Assembly (NCBI GenBank): GCA_038832865.1
Contig: JAWBJE010000004.1
Location: 14,217-78,216, forward strand
Source of the DNA: Sulfolobales archaeon
GTDB taxonomy: Archaea; Thermoproteota; Thermoprotei_A; Sulfolobales; NBVN01
DNA: 64,000 nucleotides
Direction of reading: 5' to 3'
Below, one piece after another: positions 9,513 through 20,028 of the stretch (its first letter is position 1; each line of letters begins with the position of its first letter). The notes below the pieces were generated by a model. The model did no database searches and was not told the DNA's origin. It worked only from the letters and a program-made list of their open reading frames with translations. The translations under genes were made by a program, and so were the position numbers.

Positions 9513-10246
9513 CGTGTGTCACCCGCTAGTTTCGATAGAGCCCCAGAGAGCCCATACTTCTCGATCATTGGGACCACCTCGTCGTAAAGACCTGAGAGTA
9601 TCAGAGTCCCACCATAAAGTACGTGAACGAACCTAATGTGGTCTCGCAGTAGCTTTATCATGTGTAGCGAGTGGGTTACTAAAACTATGGATGCCCCTGA
9701 GTTAAGAGCTACCATGATGGCCTTACTCATCTTCTCTACGCTATCTATATCGACGCCGCTATCGGGCTCGTCAAGCAGAGCTACCTTAGGTCTAACGAGT
9801 AGTGTTAAAAACATCTCTAACCTCTTTCTCTCACCACCGCTCATCTTATCGAATAGGTACCTATCCAACAGATACCTAACGTCTAGAGTCTCTAAGAGAG
9901 TATCCACATAGATCTTCATAACTCCGTATCTTTTCACCAATTCATCAGCGAACCTCCCGGCTACGATACCCTTTATAGTCGGGGGGAGCTGATGCGCTAT
10001 GGCTATACCTCTCCTAGCTTTCAGGTGCGGGGGCTCTCGGGTTACGTCTGAGTCCATGAAGATCACTTGTCCATTTACGACCTCGTAGGGCTTGATCCCC
10101 ATTATAGCATTGAGTAGCGACGTCTTACCCGAGCCGTTGGGGCCTATGAGCACGTGGAGCTCCCTGGAGTCTACCTTCATGTTGATATTCGAGAGTATGG
10201 TACGGCCCCCTACGGCAACACTAACGTTTCTTAATTCCAGTAGCAT
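9509..10246 (-). CDS. sufC: Fe-S cluster assembly ATPase SufC
   Basis: Walker A GPNGSGKTS, ABC signature MSGGERKR, Walker B ALLDEPDSGVD. No TM domain, and paired with a SufBD gene. Confidence 0.9.
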   Translation of the reverse strand: MLLELRNVSVAVGGRTILSNINMKVDSRELHVLIGPNGSGKTSLLNAIMGIKPYEVVNGQVIFMDSDVTREPPHLKARRGIAIAHQLPPTIKGIVAGRFADELVKRYGVMKIYVDTLLETLDVRYLLDRYLFDKMSGGERKRLEMFLTLLVRPKVALLDEPDSGVDIDSVEKMSKAIMVALNSGASIVLVTHSLHMIKLLRDHIRFVHVLYGGTLILSGLYDEVVPMIEKYGLSGALSKLAGDTR

Positions 10247-10382
10247 TCTACGTAGTAATATGACGATCCTACTCTTAAAGATTTCACTAGTGCGACTCTC
10301 AGCTAGTTCAGTAAACCCGCACCCAATTTATTCGAGCTGGTTTGCATTTCAGGTCGGGCGCACCTTGAGGTACTGCAGTGGT

Positions 10383-11060
10383 TTGAATGAACTACTGAAA
10401 GTAGATAGCTCACTTCTACCCTTAGGAGTTTTTGTCTCGTATACCGTTGTTTGGGTGGAAGAGCCGAGACGGTTAGCATTCGAGGAAGAAGTGAGTGAGT
10501 TGGTCAAGTACCTAGGTTCCCGCTACACCCTAGACTCACTAAAGAGCGACCCCGTGTTTAGAGCTTATAGAGATTTCTTCTGGAGGATTGGCATAGACCC
10601 AACCAAAGTCAGACCCTCCAGTGAGGCTCTGGTGAGAAGATGCTTAAGAGGGTCCTTTCCCAGGATAAACACCGTTGTAGACGCCGGCAACATAGCCTCA
10701 GCATACACCGGGGTCCCCATAGGTCTCTATGACATAAGTAGGTCATCACCTCCCTATACTCTGACGCTGAGTAAAGGTGGAGAAGTTTTCAACCCGATAG
10801 GAGGAAGAATGGAGACTCTACCCAAGGGCATCCCGATTCTCATCGACAGCAAGGGATTGGTTATGCATCTCTATCCGCATAGAGATAGCGTCGAGACGTC
10901 TATACGAGATAGTACTACGGAGGTCTTCGTTTTAGGAGCTGGAGTACCTGGAGTGGAGAGAGCTTTAGTTATAAAGGCGGTGAGCAGAGTATTTGAGCTG
11001 CTATCTAAAGCAGGTTGGAAATGGTGTGGTAAGGTTCTCGTTAAAGAGCCATCGCTATAA
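10383..11060 (+). CDS. B3/B4 tRNA-binding-domain protein (PheRS beta-subunit-related)
   Basis: Pattern VFRAYRDFFWRIGIDPTKVRPSSEALVRRCL...PRINTVVDAGNIASAYTGVPIGLYD. The long ORF from 10092 runs antisense through sufC, so the start was moved to the in-frame TTG at 10383. The start remains uncertain. Confidence 0.65.
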   Translation: MNELLKVDSSLLPLGVFVSYTVVWVEEPRRLAFEEEVSELVKYLGSRYTLDSLKSDPVFRAYRDFFWRIGIDPTKVRPSSEALVRRCLRGSFPRINTVVDAGNIASAYTGVPIGLYDISRSSPPYTLTLSKGGEVFNPIGGRMETLPKGIPILIDSKGLVMHLYPHRDSVETSIRDSTTEVFVLGAGVPGVERALVIKAVSRVFELLSKAGWKWCGKVLVKEPSL

Positions 11061-11076
11061 AAACCATGCTGTCGGT

Positions 11077-12357
11077 CTAGGTGTACGTCTCCCGCGTAAG
11101 CAACTGAACGATCGTTCCTCCTATAGCTGATAGAGTGGCGCTAACTAGTACAGCGATACTGTAGCCTAACTGGGGGAGTACGCTGTTAAGAACGGCCGTT
11201 CCAAGAAACAAGACAGTGTTCATGAAAGCAACCGAAGTAGCCGCTATAGTAGGTCCGTGAGCTTCCCGCATCATAACAGATATGACTATGTGTGGACCTA
11301 GAGATACACCTAAACTTACTAAAGCGGTGCCGAGAAGTAGTGCGCTAGGGAAAGCGGACGAAGCCAGTAGCAACAACCATGAGAGAGCCATTAGGATCGA
11401 GGAAGCTGTGAGAAAGGGCTTTCTCCTCTTGACTACTTTATCGCTAAGGTACCCGGCGATCGGGCAGGAGACCGTAAATACGGTCGCTAGAATCAGTAGG
11501 TAATAGCTAACTTCGACCCTATCTAAACCAAAAGCTTTAGACAGGAATATCTGTCCCCAAGACGACTGGAAGGATAAACCCGTGCCATAGGTTGCTAGAG
11601 CACCTAAGCTAACACCCCAGCTGTGCTTGTCGGACACTACCCTACGTAGACTGCTTTTTGTCTTGGCTAGGTATTCCCCGAGGTTGCCCCCGGATCTCGT
11701 ATCTGCCGATGTCAAGTACACTGCCGCAGAGAGAAGTAGTGCAAACGCGGTTAGTAGCGTTAGTGTTCCACTTAATCCTATAGAGTCAAGAGCGCGCCTC
11801 AGGGGGTACGTCGCTACGGCTGCCGTAAGGTTTCCGACTACAAGAGCTAGTGCCGTAGCTCTTACCTGCTCCTCTGTTCTGTAGTATAGAGAAAGAGACC
11901 TTTGGTAGGAGAGAAACGCAGCGACAGACATAAATCCGACTACTGCTCTACCTAGCACCATGACTAGAGGATCTGGCACCATCATGAGCAAAGTCCCAAG
12001 AGACAGTAGAAGCAGGAAGATAGAGCCAACTCTCTTAATTCCGTAGTAATCGATGAGTGGCCCAACTACGAACTGCGATAAGGAGTAGGCGTAAAAGTAG
12101 GCTGACGAGAGGAGCGATAGGTAGAGTGCTGGGTCATAACCGTACCTCACCGAAATCGAAGCGATCTCAGCCTCCATCACCCCAGTCATTGTTCGGTGGA
12201 AGTAGACAAGGCTGTAAGAAGCCAGTAAAACAGCCAAAACGGTATTGCGCTTACTCGGAGCATTAGACGCTTCAGACTTCATACTAGCACTTGCTAGACT
12301 TAAGCTAGTGCCTCCCCTATTCAAGGACACGCACACCATCACGAAGTTTACACGCAT
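11077..12357 (-). CDS. MFS transporter
   Basis: 426 aa, 12 hydrophobic segments, with an MFS-like loop motif after TM2 (GPLIDYYGIKRV). Confidence 0.75.
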   Translation of the reverse strand: MRVNFVMVCVSLNRGGTSLSLASASMKSEASNAPSKRNTVLAVLLASYSLVYFHRTMTGVMEAEIASISVRYGYDPALYLSLLSSAYFYAYSLSQFVVGPLIDYYGIKRVGSIFLLLLSLGTLLMMVPDPLVMVLGRAVVGFMSVAAFLSYQRSLSLYYRTEEQVRATALALVVGNLTAAVATYPLRRALDSIGLSGTLTLLTAFALLLSAAVYLTSADTRSGGNLGEYLAKTKSSLRRVVSDKHSWGVSLGALATYGTGLSFQSSWGQIFLSKAFGLDRVEVSYYLLILATVFTVSCPIAGYLSDKVVKRRKPFLTASSILMALSWLLLLASSAFPSALLLGTALVSLGVSLGPHIVISVMMREAHGPTIAATSVAFMNTVLFLGTAVLNSVLPQLGYSIAVLVSATLSAIGGTIVQLLTRETYT

Positions 12358-13752
12358 AGCTATTTAGGCATCTCTGTTCTCACAAAACGATCACTACTAT
12401 AGACCGAGGAGGATGAGGCGATACAATTCTTGTGAGTAGTCCAGTCTTTGGTAGGGAAACGAGCGCCTTTTACTACTTACCACACAGTCTCAGCGCTACA
12501 ACAGGCTATGTCCTGCGCAAGAAGGCCTGCTGGGCGATACTCTCAGATTTGCTCGTTTCTGTCTGACGATATAGCCTATCACAGTGGTTGTCACCGTATT
12601 AGTCGAGTCTCTTTACGTATACGAACTCCCTCCCGTAGTACTTACCACTTGAGTGTATCGCCGGTAGAAACGCTTCGAGCTACGACACGGCTAGAGGGTC
12701 GTAAATCCCGAGAACACCCTCTATACCAGGTTAAGCAACCAACCTGTAGGTTTTGATGACTCGGTTATGCCGAGGGCATCCATAAACGGCGCGTTTACCA
12801 GCTCACCTTCTAGCTTCTTGCCTTAAACACCTTCCTGGAGTAATTCACGGTGTCGCTATAAGGAGGTATGCCCACTACCTTTTAACCTCACCTGGTTGCT
12901 AAGACACCTCATCGACATGGGTCGGCGGGTGGAGCCCCTATGGTAAGCTTAGATGTAGCTCTATCGAGCATACCCATTACAAGCGCCTGCCCAGACAGAA
13001 AGTAAACACCTGAGGGTGCTGTGAATATGGCTTTAGTTCTCTCCTACTCCGAAGAAACTCAAAAATTCTGCTTTCGTTAAGTACCACATTAATCCGCTTA
13101 GACCTTCCTTTATTGGTACTGATTATTTAGTCCATCCCGTGTATCAGGAGAACCTTCCTTCTCCGCAGTGCTAGGCTTACGTAGGCTGCGAAGTTTAAGT
13201 GGTCTCGGAGCTCTTGAGCCGCTAGTTAGGGCTAACCCCTTTCCCTACCTGAGTATACCTCCGCATACGTACTCGAAGAGTGACGTATCGCCTTTACTAT
13301 CACTGCCAACTCTAGAGATTGTAGGTAGGGTTCCATGCACTCTAGCGGGAATAGAGGAGCTTTCCGCTCGACGAAACACGTACCCAGGCTCTTTAAGAGC
13401 GTCTTCTATTAGCAGTTCTCTACATCCTTCACCTCAAAGTAGTTTTGAGGGAACAGCGAGCTTGACTGGAATCTCCACTTAAGCTCCTTTGGGGTTTATC
13501 TCGAGCCTCTCCATTAAATCAGCGTGAAATCGACTTCTCTTAGTAAAAACTAACTATATGAAACTCTCAAAAGGTTGCGCCTTAACTTAGCTAAGTAATC
13601 GAGAGACCTACTGAAGAGATTAGAACCGTTCGAAAGGTCTTAAACCTTCCTTACGCATGGGTCATCCAGTAGCTTACTCTTAGCTAAATGGTTATGTATT
13701 TCGCCTAAGGTTGTGAGACGGTCCTCACTCAACTAACAACTCACACGATATT

Positions 13753-13767
13753 AAAGCTTTATATAAA
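13753..13767 (+). promoter_or_regulatory. BRE/TATA-like promoter element (AAAGCTTTATATAAA)
   Basis: Lies 33 nt upstream of the GTG at 13800 and matches the AAAGCTTATAA-type motif seen before several genes in this window. Confidence 0.5.
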
Positions 13768-13799
13768 CAACAATCTAGATAGAGCTAGTCGTAAACGAC

Positions 13800-14222
13800 G
13801 TGGAGGGTTTAACTTTAGTTGAATCTATATACCTCGTTGCCGCAGAATTAAAAAGTGGGACTCTGTCCGAGGAAAAACCCATCAGAATGAGCATACCGAA
13901 GAGTGAAGAAGACGTGAATAAGTTAGTACAGGAGATACATAGCGCGGAGGAAGTACATTCACACAAACACGGAGAACATATGGAGGAACAAGAAGTAGAG
14001 GCTGATGTAACGTCACTACTCGCTAGTGCCGTTCACATGATGTCGCACTTTGATGGACGCCTCTCTGACTTAGCTCGCTCCATCAAGAGCTTAGACAGCA
14101 GGCTTCAAAGCATTGAGCGTTTACTCAGCGTTCTAGCAAGAATACTCCTACTTCCCGAAATCAAGAGGCAGGATTTAAGGGAAAAGCTCTTGAAAGAGAT
14201 AATAGAGAACCTTGAAGCATAA
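13800..14222 (+). CDS. hypothetical coiled-coil protein
   Basis: 140 aa with a promoter motif upstream, an acidic/His-rich centre (HSHKHGEHMEEQE) and heptad-like C-terminus. No family recognised. Confidence 0.45.
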   Translation: MEGLTLVESIYLVAAELKSGTLSEEKPIRMSIPKSEEDVNKLVQEIHSAEEVHSHKHGEHMEEQEVEADVTSLLASAVHMMSHFDGRLSDLARSIKSLDSRLQSIERLLSVLARILLLPEIKRQDLREKLLKEIIENLEA

Positions 14223-14559
14223 TAGCGTACATCATCACTTTACGAAACTCTCCATTTCCTAACGCTCTATGCTGCTCGCTCCCGTCTTTTTCATAGCGAG
14301 AGATAGCGTTTTTAGTGTAGATGTTTTAGGGACGGTATAGCCCCCGAGGTCGAGCTGAGCTGAATTGACGCTAAGTAGTGATAATAACATAAAACATGTG
14401 TCCTCGTGAAAATATGCTAGAAGTTAGATTCCTTCAGGACGCTCAAGAACCTTAAGTTGGTGCTGATGGTGGCAACTAGCCCGGAGTCCACTAGCATCAT
14501 CGCAAAAACTTACTTCAAGACCAGAGTGTTTAGTGCTGTAGTACTATCGTGTGTAGTGT

Positions 14560-15933
14560 TTATAGAGGTAGTGCTGTAAGTAGACTAACTAGAGTGGGGG
14601 CTGCTACTAGAGTCATAAAGAGCACACCCAAAGATACCCCGAGCTTCCATAGTGCTCCTGAAACTAGACTTACTACTAGTGTACCAAATATTCCAGCTAT
14701 TTTAGCGTCGTAGTAGGACAGCATGATCACTATAGCTATAAACAGCCCGTAGAGGGCTTCCGCAGGAACTCTCTTGAAGACTGCTAGCGTCAGCTTCCTC
14801 GAGTATTTTATTAAGATAGGGTAGGCTATGGAGAACGATACAGCCGTAGCTAAGAGGATCATGAGTACAATTGTCGCGTAATCGTACCTACTGAGTATGT
14901 AGTCTCGTGGTGTCATCCCGATGGAGTCTAGCTTCTGAAAGAATGGTGCGGCGGGTCCAGCTGCCATGGGTCCCGTAGGTTCTCCTATAACAAGTAAGGG
15001 GATAAGGGTTCCACCTATATACGTAGCGTTCTTGATCGCATCTCGAACCGTGTAAGCTAGAACAGCCCCTCTCGTTTTATCCTTACTGCTCTCTCTGAGT
15101 AAGTCACCTATGAGTATTGTTAAGCCTACTGGTGACATAACTGTTGCGAGTACTGAAGTTACTGCTGACCACGTAGAGCAGTGAAGAAGCTCGTCTCTAC
15201 TTAATATTTTGAGAGGATTAAGGCTTATCTTCCCGATTTTCACTAGTCTTACCTCCTTCATACCTCTACGGGCATACGCCTGCCTCAAGTCTTTATGAAG
15301 CATGGAGAGGAGCTCGAAGACCATTGGACCTATCGTTATACCTAGAAAGAAGCTCACGAATATGGGTCTTCCGTATACACCCCTCAAGCCTTGGATGAGG
15401 AGTGCGAAAGACGGTATTGAGATGAGGGCGACGTATCGGCTTCGGGAGGTGAGCGCAAGAACTGCGAGACCTGCTAGCACTAACCAGAACCACCTAGCTA
15501 CCTTAACTCCGAGCACTACATCCGCAGTTCTCAGCCACTCACCAGCCGGCATGAGGTAATACGAAATCGAGAGGGTAACTGCTAGAGCTACTACTTGACC
15601 CACTATGCTAGCTGCTATACCCTTCCTCAGTATCGTATCGGCGAGACCCCGCTCTTTAGCTACAAGTGCGTCTGGAACCTGGGGGACAGCCATGACACCA
15701 CCGGGAATACCGGCTAGAGCAACCGGGATGCTGTCAGCCATCTTGAACGCAGCAATACTCGCTATAAACCACACGAGCACTAAGAGAGGGTCTAGACCCG
15801 CCAGTAGGAGAGTTAGAGCTATTGGGGCCATAGTGGCTGTCTCGTCGGTTCCGGGCAGTATCCCAATGAATGTGTATAGAAGCGTGGAGGCTGCCGAGAG
15901 AGCTAGTACCAATAGTAGCGATAGTGGGTCCAA
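14560..15933 (-). CDS. TctA-family (DUF112) tripartite tricarboxylate transporter permease-like membrane protein
   Basis: 457 aa, polytopic. The N-terminal pattern GILPGTDETATMAPIALTL...AGIPGG resembles the TctA large subunit. Confidence 0.6.
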   Translation of the reverse strand: MDPLSLLLVLALSAASTLLYTFIGILPGTDETATMAPIALTLLLAGLDPLLVLVWFIASIAAFKMADSIPVALAGIPGGVMAVPQVPDALVAKERGLADTILRKGIAASIVGQVVALAVTLSISYYLMPAGEWLRTADVVLGVKVARWFWLVLAGLAVLALTSRSRYVALISIPSFALLIQGLRGVYGRPIFVSFFLGITIGPMVFELLSMLHKDLRQAYARRGMKEVRLVKIGKISLNPLKILSRDELLHCSTWSAVTSVLATVMSPVGLTILIGDLLRESSKDKTRGAVLAYTVRDAIKNATYIGGTLIPLLVIGEPTGPMAAGPAAPFFQKLDSIGMTPRDYILSRYDYATIVLMILLATAVSFSIAYPILIKYSRKLTLAVFKRVPAEALYGLFIAIVIMLSYYDAKIAGIFGTLVVSLVSGALWKLGVSLGVLFMTLVAAPTLVSLLTALPL

Positions 15934-15936
15934 GCT

Positions 15937-16179
15937 TCACACCTCCACGACTATTCTCTTGACCTTAGAGACCAGTACAGAGATGGCGAAGCCTACCGCA
16001 GCACCTAGAGCTCCTAGGGTAATCGATATACCAGCTGGCTGAACTCTCAGAACGGCTGATACGGTAGGAGCTAAGAAAAAGAACAGCATCGCTAAAGCTG
16101 TAGATATGAGCGCGGATATCCCGAGCTCTCTAAGAGATATGTATTCCCCGTAGAGCTCGTAGCAGAGCTCGTCCTCCAT
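15937..16179 (-). CDS. small two-TM membrane protein, possibly a TctB-like partner
   Basis: 80 aa with two hydrophobic helices, 3 nt upstream of the TctA-like gene on the same strand. Confidence 0.4.
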   Translation of the reverse strand: MEDELCYELYGEYISLRELGISALISTALAMLFFFLAPTVSAVLRVQPAGISITLGALGAAVGFAISVLVSKVKRIVVEV

Positions 16180-16297
16180 TAACTCACCGCGTTAATTCTT
16201 TGTCGGAACAATATAAGGATTCAGTCATATTGTATAAATTGGGTTCTATCAAATGCCTTAATCACGTTGCGTCCACAAGCAACAAAACTTTTTATGG

Positions 16298-18925
16298 ATG
16301 AGGCGAAAGACTAACGGTGAGACGTTGAGCACATTGGTACTTAGGTCTCACCTGCTCCTACTAGCAGCAATCTACTTAATTCTCTCTGTTCAGCCGATAA
16401 CGTTGGCTTTCTCAGCTTTTGCTAGCAGTAGTGTGGACTACTTAGTATACTATGGGGAAGACCCGCTAGTACTTGACGACCTGCTTACTCGCGGATGCAG
16501 ATTGCTGAGGTTGTACTACGCTTTCAGTATCGCATTAGTTGAGTGTCCTTATTACGTGAAGCCCGCGGACGGAGGTAGAGTCTTTCCAAACCTCGAGGTA
16601 ACTAAAGCCGAGCTAAACCTACGGGTTGTGGGCAGTTTAGACAAGCTGGGGGGTCAGAGCGGTGAGTACGTTACGGCATGGTCTTGGGCTATCAGTAGAG
16701 TTGGGGCAGACGTAGTCTGGAGTTACCTTGGGGTAGCCGGTAGTAACATAGTTGTAGCAGTCCTAGACACGGGGGTCGACCCGGAGCACCCCCTGCTGCT
16801 GAACAAACTTGTCACCGTCGACCCGCTAGACCCCACATACCCCGGTGGTTGGATCGAGTTCGATAGAAGAGGTAGACCCGTTTGCTCTAGACCTCGAGAT
16901 ACCGATGGTCACGGGACGTGGGTTAGCAGCATTATAGTAGGCGGAGACACCTCTACGTACGTCTTTGGCGTAATACCTAGCGCCAAACTCATGGTTGCCA
17001 GCGTGCTTCCTGGCGGTTACGGCACGTTCGCACAAGTGCTAGCAGGGCTAGAGTGGGTCCTCAGACCGTACGACTGTCGCAAGAGGTACATAGACGCCCC
17101 TAGACCTATCGTTGTATCTATGAGCTTCGGTGCTCTAGGCAACTACAGCAACCTGTTTCTTCCGGCAATCGAGAAGCTCTTGAGCGCTGGAATAGTGCCG
17201 GTAGCCGCTATAGGAAACGGGGGTCCGTACACTAGCTCTAACCCGGGCAACATCTGGGGCGTTATAGGTGTTGGAGCAACGGACTTCAACGACCGAGTTG
17301 CCTACTTTAGTAGCTACGAGGAGGTAGAATGGCCTTCACCACCGACTAGCTGGCCCTTTAAGGGGCAGTACCCGAAGAGCTACTCAAAGCCCGATGTTGT
17401 GGCACCCGGAGTTGAAGTGCCTGGAGCATACCCGGGCGGTCTTCTAGCTATAGGTAGTGGAACTAGTGCTTCAACGCCTCTAGTGGCAGGTATAGCAGCT
17501 CTAGTAGCTAGTGAGCTAAGGAGTAAGGGCTTGAGCGGCTCTAACCTAGTCGAAGCCGTGTACGACGCTCTTACTGCGACCGCTGTCCCCCTGGACCAGC
17601 CTGGGTCCGGATACGGAAGGGTTAGAGCGTATTTAGCTGTAGCTAATGCCATGAACATCCCGGTAAGAATAGTTCCTACGTCAGTTTCGCCCAGCAGTGC
17701 TCGACCGACCGATAGGGTAAAGATACTCGCGGGAGTTACCCCGGGTAGCCACGTTGATGTTTACATATCAGGTGTGAAAGTGTACTCAGGCTCATACCCA
17801 GTAGGGGGAGTTACGCTCACGGTCCCGCTTACTCACATAGGCGGGAACACGGTTACAGTAGTCTCAAGCGATGGGAAGTCCTATGGGGAGGCGCTAGTCT
17901 TCATAAACCCCTCGATTAACTTAGCCAGCACTATGACGTCAGGACAGTTGTATGACGTAGTTATCTCGGGGCTTGGATTGGGTAATCTCGTCGTAATCTA
18001 CGTGGCCGGAAACACTCTCTTACTTGACAGCACCAACCTCAGGGGCACTCTCCGTACTAAGGTCTTAGCTCCATACGTAAGTGAGCCGAGGAGCCTTCAG
18101 GTGGTTGCGAGAGATCTATCTATGCCTGGAGTTTACCTCACAGCACTAGTGACCGTAGTCCCACCTATGCTGAAAGTCGAAGCAGTTGAGGGCGCGGAAA
18201 TAGTCTTCAAGGTCAACGTGAAAAGCTACTACGTGGTTAACTACAAAAGCACGATTGAGGTGCTACTGCCTCACGAAGGTTTAAATGTTTCATTAAAGCA
18301 GCTCTACCCAGATTACCCCGTCCTGAAGGTTATCAACGTCTCCCGTGAAGGAAGTGTCATCGTATTTACTATTGAGGTAACCGATTACCCAAGCGAGGGG
18401 GTAATATTCGTTGAGGTTCAGGCGTGTTATGCCGGTAGGTGCGCTAAAAGTATCGAATCACTTAATGTGGTCTCGGTGGACCCGCTAAAGCATATCTCTA
18501 CCTTAGTAGCCGAGCTACAGAGAGCTATTAGTGAACTGAGGGATTCCCTAAAGTTTGAGCAGGAGAAGTCCGACGAAGTGAGGCAAGCGTTGAGCAAGCT
18601 GAATCTCACCGTAGTAGAGCTCTCCACGAGCTTGAGCAGGGTCAGCTCTATAGTAGCGGACCTAAGCCAAGCCATATACAACATGAGCCGCAGGATAGCT
18701 TATGCTGAGAGCCAGGTCGATAAGCTCATCACCGAGAACGTCGTTCAGCGGCTTGAGAGAGTAGAGGGACAAGTCGAGGAGCTGAGGACATATCACGAAA
18801 GAGCGTCCAGCGATCTGAGTAAGCTAGCTACTGCTACTTCTACTGCCTTCATAGTGTCTCTTCTGGCCTTACTCATAGCCTTACTCTCTTTAGTTAAACT
18901 ATCGAGAGCACCACTTAAACGCTAG
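16298..18925 (+). CDS. subtilisin-like (S8) serine protease with long C-terminal stalk and membrane anchor
   Basis: Catalytic triad contexts VAVLDTGVD (Asp), HGTWVSS (His) and GTSASTPLVAG (Ser). N-terminal signal/TM, a C-terminal ~110-aa heptad-repeat region, then TM helix FIVSLLALLIALLSLV. Confidence 0.9.
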   Translation: MRRKTNGETLSTLVLRSHLLLLAAIYLILSVQPITLAFSAFASSSVDYLVYYGEDPLVLDDLLTRGCRLLRLYYAFSIALVECPYYVKPADGGRVFPNLEVTKAELNLRVVGSLDKLGGQSGEYVTAWSWAISRVGADVVWSYLGVAGSNIVVAVLDTGVDPEHPLLLNKLVTVDPLDPTYPGGWIEFDRRGRPVCSRPRDTDGHGTWVSSIIVGGDTSTYVFGVIPSAKLMVASVLPGGYGTFAQVLAGLEWVLRPYDCRKRYIDAPRPIVVSMSFGALGNYSNLFLPAIEKLLSAGIVPVAAIGNGGPYTSSNPGNIWGVIGVGATDFNDRVAYFSSYEEVEWPSPPTSWPFKGQYPKSYSKPDVVAPGVEVPGAYPGGLLAIGSGTSASTPLVAGIAALVASELRSKGLSGSNLVEAVYDALTATAVPLDQPGSGYGRVRAYLAVANAMNIPVRIVPTSVSPSSARPTDRVKILAGVTPGSHVDVYISGVKVYSGSYPVGGVTLTVPLTHIGGNTVTVVSSDGKSYGEALVFINPSINLASTMTSGQLYDVVISGLGLGNLVVIYVAGNTLLLDSTNLRGTLRTKVLAPYVSEPRSLQVVARDLSMPGVYLTALVTVVPPMLKVEAVEGAEIVFKVNVKSYYVVNYKSTIEVLLPHEGLNVSLKQLYPDYPVLKVINVSREGSVIVFTIEVTDYPSEGVIFVEVQACYAGRCAKSIESLNVVSVDPLKHISTLVAELQRAISELRDSLKFEQEKSDEVRQALSKLNLTVVELSTSLSRVSSIVADLSQAIYNMSRRIAYAESQVDKLITENVVQRLERVEGQVEELRTYHERASSDLSKLATATSTAFIVSLLALLIALLSLVKLSRAPLKR

Positions 18926-19961
18926 CCTTACTCGGTATCGCGTAGCTGTGTATCTCCCTAGTGCCAACTGTGATAACGAGATCGTCATCGGGTTTCTCGA
19001 TACTCAAAACCCCCCTGACTCTAATCTCTCCACCCCTATAGAGAGGGTAGGAGTAAATGGATTCGTATGTAACTATCCTACTTACCTCGTTGTGTAAGCT
19101 AGTGCTAGAACCTCTGAGAGACCCTAATACTCTCAGGTCTAGAACTCTATCGACTCTAGCTACACCCGGGTAAAAGAGGGAGCGGCAGTCGTGCGGCTCA
19201 ACGAGAACTTTCGCTTCAACTAGTGCTACTGGGACTAGAACGCTTTCTCCATACCTTCTCCACGTGTCATCCGAAAACAGTAAGTTGACCTCTCGCTTTC
19301 TCTCACGCAGGTATAACCTCTTGTAGGGGGCTGAAATGGCTTTCACTACCTCTAGGGGAAGCCTGTATACCTCGGACATCTTTACGAGCCTTGAGGCTTC
19401 GACCTCAGTAGGTATAGATTCAAAAGAACCCTGGATAGACTCCACTACCTCAAGAGCCTCCCTACACCCGTAAACTACTAGGTCGACATCCGATACTTTC
19501 GGGTTTTGTATTCCAATAGCGATAGATCCATCAACTCCGATGCTTCCCGGGTGCACTCCCGAACACTCTCTCAACCTCTCATAAGCTATAATCGCATCGG
19601 CCTCTACGGAATCCCTAGGGTTTCTCAAGACTTCTTGAAGCCTTTCGCGAGGTCTGTAGACCGACACTATACTCCACAACCTGACTACAGGTACTGTTAC
19701 ACCGAGAGAGGGGTCGAAGACCTCCTCTTGGTATTCTCTAGCTACACTTAGAACGTGGTCCACACCGTACCTCTTCACTACCCTCTCATAGCACTGGAGT
19801 CCGCGGCACCAGTAAGTCCTGCGGTGAGTAGGCACGTACTTGAGGTACGCGATGACAGCTCCGGGAGGGTGGTTGTTGCCGACCGTCACATATATTCGCC
19901 CACTGCTGTCTTCGACATGGTCGTGGTCTAAGAAGGGCTCAGTCGGTTTGCTACCAATCAC
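18915..19961 (-). CDS. predicted nucleotidyltransferase (Pol-beta superfamily-like) of unknown function
   Basis: GVDGSIAIGIQNPKVSDVDLVVYG resembles the GS...DxD nucleotidyltransferase motif. 348 aa; family assignment is tentative. Confidence 0.45.
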   Translation of the reverse strand: MIGSKPTEPFLDHDHVEDSSGRIYVTVGNNHPPGAVIAYLKYVPTHRRTYWCRGLQCYERVVKRYGVDHVLSVAREYQEEVFDPSLGVTVPVVRLWSIVSVYRPRERLQEVLRNPRDSVEADAIIAYERLRECSGVHPGSIGVDGSIAIGIQNPKVSDVDLVVYGCREALEVVESIQGSFESIPTEVEASRLVKMSEVYRLPLEVVKAISAPYKRLYLRERKREVNLLFSDDTWRRYGESVLVPVALVEAKVLVEPHDCRSLFYPGVARVDRVLDLRVLGSLRGSSTSLHNEVSRIVTYESIYSYPLYRGGEIRVRGVLSIEKPDDDLVITVGTREIHSYAIPSKASV

Positions 19962-20028
19962 AGCTCATCCCGCTCGTGCTTCATCATACCTATTATTTTA
20001 CCGCGTAGATTACAGTTGGGTAAATAAA

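Noticed and set aside
10092-10382. A long 5' extension of the B3/B4-domain ORF.
   Set aside because: It runs antisense through sufC. The recognisable domain only begins after about 10383.
12448-13482. ORFs 12448..12756 and 13168..13482 as genes.
   Set aside because: The translations are Arg/Ser/Pro/His-rich with no motifs. They were treated as part of a decayed or non-coding region.
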